From: Eledone cirrhosa
Lineage: Eukaryota
Assembly (NCBI GenBank): GCA_964016885.1
Contig: OZ024743.1
Coordinates: 275,900,001-275,964,000 of the forward strand
Direction of reading: 5' to 3'
Length of the DNA stretch: 64,000 nucleotides
The notes under the pieces: generated by a model
The model's database searches: none
What the model was told of the DNA's origin: nothing
Seen by the model: only the letters and a program-made list of their open reading frames with translations
Shown: one piece after another, positions 40,877 through 52,469 of the stretch
Layout of the letters: the number at the start of each line of letters is the position of its first letter
How positions within the stretch are numbered: position 1 is the first letter of the stretch
Translations under genes and position numbers: made by a program

Positions 40877-43727
40877 AATCACTTGATCACCTACAGATCA
40901 GGGGAACATACCAGCCAGGTAGATTATATCCTTACCAGAAGACGTGACAGAGTGACTGTTGTAAACACTAAATCCATCCCCCATGAAGAATGCACCTCCC
41001 AACATAGACTGATAATTAGCGACCTAATAGTCAGGACGAGACGTACTAGACAACAGAAGAGGACTATCCTCAGGAGAAAAATATGGAAGCTAAAGGACCC
41101 CACAGCCAAAAATAAATTTCAAAGCATATTACTTGATGCTTTCGACAGTAAGGAAGAGCATTTAGAGTCGGACAACATAGAGGGACAGTGGGAATTTCTG
41201 AAAGCAAACCTGCTGATGGCGACAGATGAAGTCTGTGGCTGGAGCAGGCCTGTTGGCAGGAGGAGAGTAACTTGCTGGTGGAACAGTAAGGTGGAGGAGT
41301 CAATCAAGGCCAAAAAGCAGGCTTGGAAAGTATGGCGGGATGGGGGAAGTAGAGAAGACTATCAAGTGGCCAGGAGGGAAGCTAGGAGACAAGTGTACTT
41401 CGCAAGAAGGGAAGCAGAGGAAAGAAAGTTCAAGCATGTTCTACAACGCGAGGACCAAAAACGTGAGGTGTTCAGGATTGCTAGGCAATGTGTCAAGGAA
41501 AACAGTGATATTGTCGGGGAGAAGTGTGTACTTAATGATGACGGCGTACTTGCCATCACCGACGCTGATAAGAAGGTAGCTTGGAAGTGTCACTATGAAA
41601 GGCTACTAAATGAGGAGAATAAATGGGAGAAAGACAGTCTCCCCCACATCGACCCAATAGAGGGACCAGCAGTGTTAGTCGAGGGTAGTATAATAAGTAA
41701 GGCAATCAAAGATATGAAGACGGGTAAGGCGGCTGGGCCTTCGGAAATAGTTGCCGAGATGCTGAAGGCATCTGGTACGGTGGGACACACCATGGTCACC
41801 CGGATAGTCAACCAAGTCATACAGAATGGGGCTGTTCCGAAGGACTGGCGTAGCAGCATCATCGTTAACTGTTATAAGGGTAAAGGAGATGCCCTAGATA
41901 GGAGTAACTATAGAGGCATTAAATTAATCGACCAGGTCATGAAGGTCACGGAAAAAGTTATAGCGCAACTAATCAGAGAGCGAATTGATCTAGATGAAAT
42001 GCAGTTCGGGTTTGTGTCAGGCAAAAGTACCACAGACGCTCTTTTCATTGTACGACAACTACAGGAGAAGTACCTAGCTAAAAGTAAACCCCTATACTTA
42101 GCTTTCGTCGACTTGGAGAAAGCCTTCGACAGAGTCCCCCGTTCCATTATCTGGTGGGCTCTTAGAAAACTAGGTGTTGATGAATGGCTTGTGAGAGCTA
42201 TACAAGCCATGTATAAAGAAACAGTCAGCAAGGTTAGAATTAACAACGAATATAGTGAAGAGTTTAGTGTAAAAGTTGGTGTTCATCAGGGCTCTGTTCT
42301 TAGCCCCCTACTATTTATTATTGCCCTCCAGGCTATAACAGTGGAGTTCAAGACCAGCTGCCCATGGGAACTCCTATACGCAGATGATCTGACGCTCATA
42401 GCTGAAACAATGGCCGAGCTAGAGAAGAAATTCCAAACATGGAAGCACGGCCTAGAATCAAAAGGCCTTAAAATTAACCTGACTAAGACTAAAGTTCTAG
42501 TTTGTAAGAAAGAAAATAAGGCGGCGGTCCCCTCCGGGAAGTGGCCATGCTCAGAGTGTAGGAAAGGCGTAGGTAGAAACTCCATTTTGTGTCCCAAATG
42601 CAAAGTTTGGGTGCATAAAAGATGTAGTGGGATCACAGGTAAGCTAACTAAGAACATAGATTTTACATGTGGCCGGTGTTCTGGGGCAATAAGTAGCAAC
42701 AAGTGCCCAAAAAATACTAGCTCTTTCAACTGCGCAGAGGGTTCTATAGAAATAGTGGACAGCTTCCGTTACCTGGGTGACAAAATCAGCAGTGGGGGAG
42801 GGTGCTCTGAAAGTACAGTAGCTAGAGTCAGAACTGGGTGGAAAAAGTTCAGAAAGCTTATACCACTATTAGCCGCTAAAGGGTTCTCTCTAAAAATGAA
42901 AGGCAGGCTGTATGATGCCTGCATACGAACAGCAATGTCACATGGCAGTGAGACCTGGGCATTGTGTGCAGAGGATATACGCAGACTAGAGAGAAACAAA
43001 GCTTGCATGCTCCGCTGGATGTGTAATAGTAATATACGTGAACGGCAAAGCATAAACGAACTAAGGAAAAAATTAGAAATAAGAGGGATCAGATGTTGTT
43101 TACTCGAGAGAAGGCTACGTTGGTATGGTCACGTGATGCGCATGAAGGACGATAGCTGTATAACAAAGTGTAGGGCAATAAAGATAGACGGTAGCCACGG
43201 AATAGGCAGACCCAGAAAAACCTGGGACGAGCTGATAAATTCCGACCTCACACACTTACACCTCACCAAGACAATGTCACTGGACCGAGACCTTTGGCGG
43301 TACTCAGTAACAGAGAAGACCCGCCTTACCTAAATACAAAGTAAAACCTACTACAGTCAGTAGGCATCTCTAACAAAATACACCCCCGTCCCACCACCTC
43401 CACCCCATCCACACCGCCCTTTTCAATGTAAAGTTATGTTGGTGCCACAACATCCAGGCCGAAACAAATGAGATCGTGTAGGTGTCACGACAAAAAACAC
43501 ACAGTTCACGCTGTAATGTGGCCGTGTAGGCAACACGGTAAAAGCCTCCCAGCCCCACACTGTAAATGTGGTTGGTGTTAGGAAGGGCATCCAGCTGTAG
43601 AAAACCCGCCAGATAGTCCTATGCGAGCAAGACAACCACTCTTGCCTCAAGTGGGAAAACCCTCCGTCCAAACCCATGCAAGCATGGAACACGGACGTTA
43701 AACGATGATGATGATGATGATGATGAT
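40877..43727 (+). mobile_element. 5'-truncated young LINE family A copy
   Basis: Begins inside the APE domain; uninterrupted ORF; 3'UTR, terminal hairpin and (GAT)8 tail. No TSD seen. Confidence 0.96.
40883..43333 (+). CDS. RTE-type LINE ORF2, N-terminally truncated (end of APE, RT with inserted PHD finger, C-terminal domain), 816 aa open
   Basis: VDYIL/SQH, KAAGPSEI, YRGIKL, QFGF, DLEKAFD, QGSVLSP, LYADD, C4-H-C3 finger, FRYLG, RLRWYGHV, GRPRKTW. The first codon is TTG at the truncation point, not a true start. Confidence 0.93.
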   Translation: MITYRSGEHTSQVDYILTRRRDRVTVVNTKSIPHEECTSQHRLIISDLIVRTRRTRQQKRTILRRKIWKLKDPTAKNKFQSILLDAFDSKEEHLESDNIEGQWEFLKANLLMATDEVCGWSRPVGRRRVTCWWNSKVEESIKAKKQAWKVWRDGGSREDYQVARREARRQVYFARREAEERKFKHVLQREDQKREVFRIARQCVKENSDIVGEKCVLNDDGVLAITDADKKVAWKCHYERLLNEENKWEKDSLPHIDPIEGPAVLVEGSIISKAIKDMKTGKAAGPSEIVAEMLKASGTVGHTMVTRIVNQVIQNGAVPKDWRSSIIVNCYKGKGDALDRSNYRGIKLIDQVMKVTEKVIAQLIRERIDLDEMQFGFVSGKSTTDALFIVRQLQEKYLAKSKPLYLAFVDLEKAFDRVPRSIIWWALRKLGVDEWLVRAIQAMYKETVSKVRINNEYSEEFSVKVGVHQGSVLSPLLFIIALQAITVEFKTSCPWELLYADDLTLIAETMAELEKKFQTWKHGLESKGLKINLTKTKVLVCKKENKAAVPSGKWPCSECRKGVGRNSILCPKCKVWVHKRCSGITGKLTKNIDFTCGRCSGAISSNKCPKNTSSFNCAEGSIEIVDSFRYLGDKISSGGGCSESTVARVRTGWKKFRKLIPLLAAKGFSLKMKGRLYDACIRTAMSHGSETWALCAEDIRRLERNKACMLRWMCNSNIRERQSINELRKKLEIRGIRCCLLERRLRWYGHVMRMKDDSCITKCRAIKIDGSHGIGRPRKTWDELINSDLTHLHLTKTMSLDRDLWRYSVTEKTRLT

Positions 43728-43924
43728 CTTCAAGAAAGTCACCCCTAACTGCCTAGGTCAGACGGCATCATGATCTAAACCGAGCTGATGATCCGAATAG
43801 GGTGTAACAATTGTTCTCGGTAATGGTGAACTAACTGTTGTGGAACTACTTCTATTAAACTCGTCGCATGGACTGAGTGCTCTACTACTATGGATATAAC
43901 CCACCAGTGTTCTATTATGCTTTG

Positions 43925-44068
43925 ACGCATAGAGTTACGGCCCTTGCCATTCTGAGTTCAAATCCCGCCGAGGTTAACTTTGCCTTTCATCCTTACGGGG
44001 TCGATAAAATAAAGTACCAGTAATGCACTGGGTAATTGCTGGCCTTGTGCCAAAAGTAGAAACAATTA
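43925..44068 (+). mobile_element. SINE S1 copy in plus orientation
   Basis: GAGTTCAAATCCCGCCGAGGTTAACTTTGCCTTTCATCC...AAATAAAGTACCAG...GGCCTTGTGCCAAAAGTAGAAACAATT. Confidence 0.85.
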
Positions 44069-44136
44069 TATATATATATATATAAATATATATATATAAA
44101 AGTGACAAAAGCGTTGTGTGGTTACTAATAAATATT

Positions 44137-44338
44137 ATTTAGAAAACGTAAGAGAAACACAAACATAAAGACAAATCCCGCTCATCAGCTGTCTGCAGTG
44201 GGTCACTGATGTTTCGACATATTGAGGCCTAGTGGTGAGATGTACTGTCTATAATGTGTCGAAACATCAGCTGCCAACAGCAGACAGCCATGAGCAAGAA
44301 TTGTCCTTATGTTTGTGTTTCTCTTATGTTTTTTAAAT
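44137..44338. repeat. Imperfect inverted repeat, ~87-bp arms, 29-bp spacer
   Basis: TAAGAGAAACACAAACATAA...CTGATGTTTCGACATATT pairs with AATGTGTCGAAACATCAG...TTATGTTTGTGTTTCTCTTA. Confidence 0.9.
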
Positions 44339-44363
44339 TATATATATATATATATATATATAT

Positions 44364-44412
<49 letters not shown>

Positions 44413-44865
44413 CACAGTTTGCCTTAAGAGAAAGCAATAGAAATTATAAAATAAGACAATCCAATATATTAATCTTACTTTTAAAGTTCATGTTTTCTGT
44501 CAACCTCACAGCTAAATACATTTGTTCTCTTTCTCTCCCTCATAAACACACACAATCTTTTGTAAAGAAGGCATAGACTTTTCTCACTCCTCCCTCAAGT
44601 GTGAAATTAAAAGAGAAGAATAGTGAATGTAAAAAAAAAAGAAAAAAGAAAGAAAAACTTTTCATTTATATAAATACAGGCTTGGGCAACAAAACAAGTT
44701 TATGTCTACACAAACTTACAGATTTAGTTAATCCAGCAACACAAAAGAAGAAAATGACAAAAAGAAATTAATTTCATTAGTAGTGTCAAAGTTACTGGGT
44801 CGTGTAAATACAGGACTCTCTCTCTCTCTCTCTCAAAAAAAATATATATATATACATATATATAT

Positions 44866-45070
44866 ATAAGGTATATTTCTTTAGGTCGTTTTGGAAGCCT
44901 CAACAATGCAGATGGGTAAATCTCCGGGTAACAAGATTCGGTGGTGGAGAGAGAGATGTAAGTGAATGTAACACTTACATCTCTCTCTCCACCACCGGAT
45001 CTTGTTACCCGGAGATTTACCCATCTGCATTGTTGAGGCTTCCAAAACGTCCTAAAGAAATATACCTTAT
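44866..45070. repeat. Near-perfect palindrome, 99-bp arms, 7-nt loop
   Basis: 44866-44964 is the reverse complement of 44972-45070, with two mismatches seen. Confidence 0.97.
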
Positions 45071-45101
45071 TATTCCACAATGCTTCAAGCAAACTTCAAT
45101 A

Positions 45102-45153
<52 letters not shown>

Positions 45154-47067
45154 CTCCAGTTTACCTCACACTATTCTCTGAACAGTGTAAAAATATTAAT
45201 TAGGATCCAAATATAAAAATACAACAAAATTAAACAATACAGCCAATAGCCTAAATGAGAGGGGGTGGGGTGGACAATGTGTGGCCTGTTCTTGAGAACT
45301 ATCTTTGCTTGTCTCATTAGTTTAGTAATTGTGTAAGACTGGGGTCTATATACAATGACATGTGCCCATCAGGATGGTTTGGTTTCATCAAGAGAGTGTG
45401 CCAGGAAGGGCTGTCTTTGAAAGCAGTTCAAATTATATTAGGTAAACAACAGCCCCCATATTTTCTTCTTATTCTTCTCCTTGACTCTCCAGATTCTCCA
45501 TCCCTCGTTAGCTAGCATTAGCGGGAATTCCATGACCTCTTTGTCCCCTCCACCATCATGATTCCCAACCGTAATCCAGCTTCCTTCCTTAAGCAAAACA
45601 GCAGCTCAGCTCCACCTAGGGGGGACACTTAAAACATCACATCAGCTGCCACCTTAGAGCAAACACAGAATGTATGTATGTGCTACATGGATGGATGTGT
45701 GTACACAACAGACACATGCTTGCATGTGCACACACAGACATGCACACACACACACATAGAGAAAGAGGGAGGTGGGCTAAAAATAAATAAATAAACCAAT
45801 GAAACCTAAATAAGGTCTAAAACCCCAACCAAGCCTCCTCATCACATGGGACCTTGTTCTTGGAGGGGAAGAGAGGGGGAGGGAGAGATTGAGAGTGAGG
45901 AGAGAGAGAGGTATAGGGAAAGAAAACAGTTTGCCTAAAGAGAAGGGTTAGGTCCCCTGCTTATATATTCTCCCTTTCCCACCCCATCACTCTGCCCCTG
46001 TGTATGTCCCCCACCTCACCTATAGAAGAACCAAACACACATTGCAGAGAAAGAAGACTGACACATTCCCACAGTGGGGTAGACTAGTGCAACAATATCT
46101 CACATCTACTAACAACATCCAATCATCAAGTGCACTTAAGACAAGGGAAGGGCTACAGAAACAACAACAACAACAACAATAAACTAGCTGGAAGTTAGGG
46201 GAGAGAGAAAAAAGAAAAGGTGTTATGTTGAAAAAGCATGACTGATGATGGTGGTTGTGTGTGTGAGAACAGGGAGAGAACACCCTCCCTTGTTAAAGAA
46301 CAAGAGCAAAGATATTCTATGAGACTAGAAGAGAATTGTGTGGTTGTGATTGTGCTGCTGTTCTGTCCACCCAGCCCCCCCCCCCACCACTCCTGGTTAT
46401 TGTATTCTGTTTGCACATAACACTAAGTAGTCTGTACACACTATGTAGTTTTAGAAGCAAATATGTGTCTGTGAGTGTGTGCATGTGTGTGTACACACAC
46501 ACAAAATGATAAAAACACCTTTGTAACAATGGTACATTTCCCAGATGTCAAATGAAATCTGTCATTTAAAAGTTGAAGATAATAAAATAAAATAAAAACA
46601 AAATAGAAATACAAATACAAAATAAAATAAAAAATACCAAAGAGCTAAGGTCATCAATGGACAAACATAACCCAACCCAACCAAAACCTGGCTTTGGTTT
46701 TATGAAACAAACCACCCAATTTAAAAGGTTCCTATTTAAATTAAAATCTTCCAACCTAATTTCATATATGATCCACATGTTACTATTTTCTTAGAAATGA
46801 ATTAATTAATAACCATTTTAAGTCCCTTAAAATTCTTCATTAACTAATTGGAATAAAGTGTATTTCATAAGAAATATGGCAATGAAAGAGTGAAAAATCT
46901 TTCTTAAATTGGACTATAAAGAAGCATATAATGAAAAAAAAAAAAATAATTTTCCTTCAAATATAATATGAAGTGACCAAATCTATGTAGTCTATAAAGT
47001 CTAAGGATGTGGCTCTTGTGATTTTTTTTTTACCCCACACCCCATACATACACATTTGAAGTTTTAA

Positions 47068-47571
47068 CCCTTCTGCAACTAAAGCGCATGAAGCCCACCC
47101 CTGGTATTACAATTTAAAACTGTTTGCTTTGAAGTGTATGTATTTATCTACAAAAAAAACCCAAAAAACTTCCATCATAATTTTTATGTAAGAACTTTTG
47201 TTAAGCTATGCTCCAAATACCATCACCAGTTTAATAAAATGAGAAACTCAGTTATATTACTAAATCCATGCAAATTCGTGATTATTGATTATTTTTCACA
47301 ATTACTTGAAAATTATAGGCAGTGTCTTTTATTAGAAATATGGCAACGAAAGGATTAACCCCTCTGATATATTTGAGACCCCCAACTGGTTCTACAATAC
47401 ATTGGATTTATATATATAACAAAACATTTCATCATAGTTTTGTGTAAGAATGTTTGCTAAATTATGTTTGAAATATCAAATAAAAACTGAGAAAGTTATG
47501 TTACTAAATTCTTTCAAATTATTTGAAAATCACAGGCAGTGTTTTTCATTAAAAATATGGGAGCAAAAAGG
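47068..47571. mobile_element. Two head-to-tail MITE M2 copies sharing a central TTAA (47355-47358)
   Basis: TTAA|CCCTTCTG...GGCAACGAAAGGA|TTAA|CCCCTCTG...GAGCAAAAAGG|TTAA with parallel internal sequence. Confidence 0.75.
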
Positions 47572-48480
47572 TTAAAAAGACAAAATGTAAAATTAAAAAA
47601 GAAATGCTGATTTTCCAATATTCAAATTGTCTCCATCTAGAGCATGCACTTCCCTCATTTTGTAAATCACTGGTCTAAGGTGTGCATGTCATCTTCCTCA
47701 TCTCAATGTCTTTATCTGACAATAATAAGATCAATGGAAGCATCCCCTCATATTATATAAACAACATTGGACATACATTAAAAAAATAAATAAAGGAAAT
47801 GGCACATCAGAAAGTGTGTGCTAACACACACTGTTGTTATCTCCCTTTTTTTACTCTCCTACATTTCTGTACCATATGGCTCTTGTTCATTCCTAGAACA
47901 CACATATACAAACACAAAACAAATTAAGAAATATTACAAATATTGTGAAAGATGAAAGGAATTAACACAAGATGAAAGCAAAATCCGCCAAAGTTCCAAT
48001 AGTATATACAAATTAAAAAACAAAAAACAAAAGCAATCTCTCATACTCTGTCCTCCCCCTCTCTCTCTAGCAATGACTCCACTACCCCACCCCTAACTGA
48101 GCTCTGCCCTCACACAGCAAACAATCAAGATCTTTCCCCCTTCTTCAAAATAGATAATATCTATTATTATTATTATTATTATTCATAAGTACTATTTACA
48201 AAATGTATAACGTTTGAAATTGTTTATATAAGAAATACTTGCTTATTGAAAATCTCTAACCCACTCTCGACCCGTACACATGTACACATTCTTTGTAGTC
48301 ATTTTTTGGCAATACTACTTACGACCAACTATTTATTGGTAAGTCCAGTGTTGTGTTTTTTTCTTTTAATTATTTGATGTTGCCACCCTATGGTGATCAT
48401 CATTAATTATTAAGCTGGCAGTAACTGCCTTTTAATAAAAATGTCTAATCTTTTACAACACACACTCTCTCTCTCTCTCT

Positions 48481-48516
<36 letters not shown>

Positions 48517-49263
48517 TATTCAACCACATTCAGACGCAAGTCTACATGATAAAACATATCTGAGGAGCTTCCAATTCCAGAGTCAGGTTTGAAGATTAAT
48601 AGATCGTTCCTCGAGCTGATTGACAGAGAAACATATGTAATATGTAATTAAATATGTATATGAAGTTTTACACAATATTAGTTTTATACTTGATATAGTA
48701 GGGAAAGTCTAAACGTTTCAGACGCTAGTCCTTCATCAGAAAATAGAATGAGAAATCAAAGAATAGAAAGATGAAGGATAGTGCAGAAAAGAAAAAAAAA
48801 TTTATTCCAGAAAAAACAGGTCGCACTCGTGTGTGTGTGCATGCCTAAAAGTTGCTAGCAAGTAAAAGATGTTAAATGGTGATATATATATATTAGAAGA
48901 GAACTCAATATATGTGTAGTTGTATATATTTCTATAGAGGAAACTGAAGGAAGAAATCTTCACAATGATTAACCATTTTCTTATAAGTGGAGATTCATCA
49001 AACTGTGTGATGGTTTTTGACTGAAATGGAGCTGGTCAGTCAGTCACTGTAAGGGATTTTATCTTCAATATATAATGGGCATACCTGGGAGTTTACCAAA
49101 ACAGAGAGATAGCTGTCCACTGGGATCTTATTACATTTATATATCAGTTCTACCTTGATTTGTTTTCTTCTTGGTTGCTGAACCATAAACGCAAAATGCA
49201 TTGTGAGTGTGTGTGACCTCCATTTTCTGTGGCTGAGCATTCCATGAATACATGTACCCTTAA

Positions 49264-49427
49264 CCCTTTATCATTTAAACCGTCCATATCTGGCCAGAAT
49301 TCTCTCACCCCTTTCTGATCAAACCGGCTGTAACTGGCCACTCATACTGATGTTAAGGTATTGTTCTCAAAATAAAAAACATCAAAATCTCAGATTCGAT
49401 ATTATGTGAGATATTAATGCTAAATGG
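49264..49427. mobile_element. Internally deleted MITE M1 nested in an S2-headed SINE (about 49225-49617, -)
   Basis: TTAA|CCCTTTATCATT ... AATGCTAAATGG|TTAA; the flanks join to a SINE like that at 63770-64000. Confidence 0.8.
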
Positions 49428-50689
49428 TTAATATAATTCTCAGGAAAATACAGCATGACATAGTGGGTGACAAGCATTACAGGTAAAACTCATCTTTGCC
49501 AACTGAGTGAAATGGAGCAACATGAAATAAAATGTCTTGCTCAAGGATACAAACTGTAGCCAGGAATCAAACTCATAAATGTATAATTACTCTAACCACT
49601 AAGCTAGGTGCCTTCGCTATATACTGTATATATTATACACCCAGCCACACACACACCCACAGGCAGACACACATTTGTAAAAGAAGATTGAATTGGCATG
49701 TATTGTAAGTCCATTAAAAATAAAATATAAAATATACAATATCCATAAATGAAAAATTTGAAATAGATTTTAACTTAAATTCAAATTTGATACATACACA
49801 TATTCATATATTACATACGTGCATGCATACATATGTACCTTCATACATGCATATATACATATATACATACACACATATGTACATGCATACACACACATAT
49901 GTACATGCATAAATACACACATATGTTCAAACATTACATACATCATTCTACTAATCTGCTAACAATCTGTTATCGGTGAAATACAAGCATTAGTAACGCT
50001 AGTAACATTAGTAGCCAAGGAATGGAATTCATATTAGTGTGGAAGTTGCAGAATTTATATCAAGAAGTTATGGAATAAAAGAAAAAGAAATACAAAGAAA
50101 GACAAACAATGAAGAAATTGGCATGTGGGTAGATGGGTGAGTGTATGGGTGGTTTCTGTTTGTTCTTGTATGCATTTGTGTGTTGAAATCAGATAGAGAG
50201 ATATATAAAATAACACAATAACAAGAACATCAACAATTTAAGGTACTATCATACACACTCACACAACCATCACCACCACCACCACCATTATCACATTCAT
50301 CACTGTTTAACGTTTATTTTCCATGCTTGTATGAGTTAGACTGTCACATTATGAGGCCAGACAGGTCAAGTCACCATATCTTGTTCATAAATTCCATTCT
50401 GGCTGAGTTTTCTATGACTGGAGGATACCCTTTCTAATGCCAACCACCTTATGATGCATACTGGGAGCTTTTGTCATGGCACTAGTATGATCACACACCT
50501 ACAATATTAAAAATATCAATGAAGCCAAGGCTAACACTAACCACATTATTGCTGCACATGGTAGTGGGATGGCTAACCCAGTCTTGAGTGAGAACCCTCC
50601 AATTGTCATCAAACAATCACACATTCCGTTTTAAGTACCAAAATATGACCCAACCACCAATGGACTACCCTCTACTGTAAGGTAACCCA

Positions 50690-51450
50690 CTTCAGAGCTG
50701 CGCAATGTTAACACACTAAAGGGTATATTGGGTGAAATAGTAGAGATGCTTTGAGTGAAGATGAGTTATGTGATGTGCAGAAGATGAGATGGAGGCATGC
50801 ATCAGCCAGATTTCTCAGAAGCAAACAATATAGATATAGATATAAGCTCTTCTAGGTCAGAAATGATGATAGGATAGGTGGTGTAGAAATTTTACTAGTG
50901 AAGAAATGAATAGATAAGTTAACTAAGGTAGTTAGAGTTCAAGAGAGAATTATCAAGCTCAGAATAGGCATAAGCAATAGAATAATAATAATTATCTCTA
51001 CCTATGCACCACAATCAGGACTGAGTGAAGAATAAAAGAACCATTTCTATGAGGACCGCTTACAGACAACTTCCATAACAAATGACAAGGACTTAACTGG
51101 TGACTTCAATGAACATATTGGGCAACACCAGAATGGCTATACTGAAGTGCACAATGACCATAGATATGGCTTGAGAAATGAAGGAGGATCAATGTTAAGG
51201 TTACCTGAATTCAGTGAGGCAAATACCTTACCATTTGCAACACTAACTTTAAAAAACTGGCCAACCACTCAATACCTACAAATCAGGTGAGCATCAAACC
51301 AGATTGACTTCATGCTCATTAGAAAATTAAATAGACAGATGGTTATGAACACTAAGTCTCTTCCAGGAGAAGAATGCACTCCACAACACAAATTAGTTAT
51401 TAATGACATCAGGCAGAATCTTAAACAAATTGGAAAAGGAAAATAAGGAA
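50690..51450 (+). pseudogene. Old decayed AP-endonuclease region of an RTE-type LINE
   Basis: Fragments NVNTLKG..GEIVEML, IISTYAPQSGL, GDFNEHIG, ICNTNFKK, QIDFML, PGEECTPQHKLVI, collinear with 7062-8180; many stops and frameshifts. Confidence 0.88.
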
Positions 51451-51580
51451 GCTAAAGTATCTCTGTTAAATGTGTGTGTGCAGAGGTCAACGGCTTCAAT
51501 TGAGTACTGACTGGTCTGTGATAACATGCCCAACCCTTGCTAACATAGAAATCACATGTTAAATGATGAGGGTGATAATA

Positions 51581-51659
51581 TGTATATATATACGTGTGTG
51601 TGTGTGTGTGTGTGTATATCATCATCATATATATACACACACACACACACGTATATTTT

Positions 51660-51708
<49 letters not shown>

Positions 51709-51808
51709 GCACACGTATATATCATCATATGTATATATACGTGTGTGTGTGTATATCATCATCATATATACACACACACACGTATATTTTTACACGTATA
51801 TATATATA

Positions 51809-51873
<65 letters not shown>

Positions 51874-51898
51874 TTATATATATATATATATGTGTGTG

Positions 51899-51929
<31 letters not shown>

Positions 51930-51956
51930 ATATATATATATATATATGTGTGTGTG

Positions 51957-52007
<51 letters not shown>

Positions 52008-52112
52008 TTTTAATGCGATGAAATATCAATGATGGTTGGCAAATCACCGACGAAGGACTAATTTTATCATATGTAACCCATGTGCAACCACGCAGTATTC
52101 TTCTTTCTTCTC

Positions 52113-52157
<45 letters not shown>

Positions 52158-52267
52158 ATATATATATATATATATGTGTGTGTATATGTATATATATGTA
52201 TGTGTATATATATATGTGTGTGTGTATATATATATATATATGTGTGTGTGTATATATATTATATATG

Positions 52268-52361
<94 letters not shown>

Positions 52362-52362
52362 A
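51581..52362. repeat. Compound (TA)/(TG) microsatellite array
   Basis: Direct inspection; includes a duplicated TACGTGTG...ATCATCAT...CACGTATATTTTTACA unit. Confidence 0.95.
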
Positions 52363-52411
52363 TAATGAAATGACAGGAGGCTGGACTTGTGTAATTCCTT
52401 AAAGGTTTATT

Positions 52412-52469
52412 ATACTATGATCATTTCAATGACCGGGTTCCGTATGAATCCGGTGATATCATCAGGTAT
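52412..52469 (-). ncRNA. Type I hammerhead-ribozyme-like motif, possibly decayed
   Basis: Minus strand ATAC-CTGATGA-[helix II ACCGG/CCGGT]-GAAA-TGATCA-TA^GTAT: 4-bp helix I, palindromic helix III, AUA triplet; the helix II closing pair is U.U rather than G-C. Confidence 0.55.
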
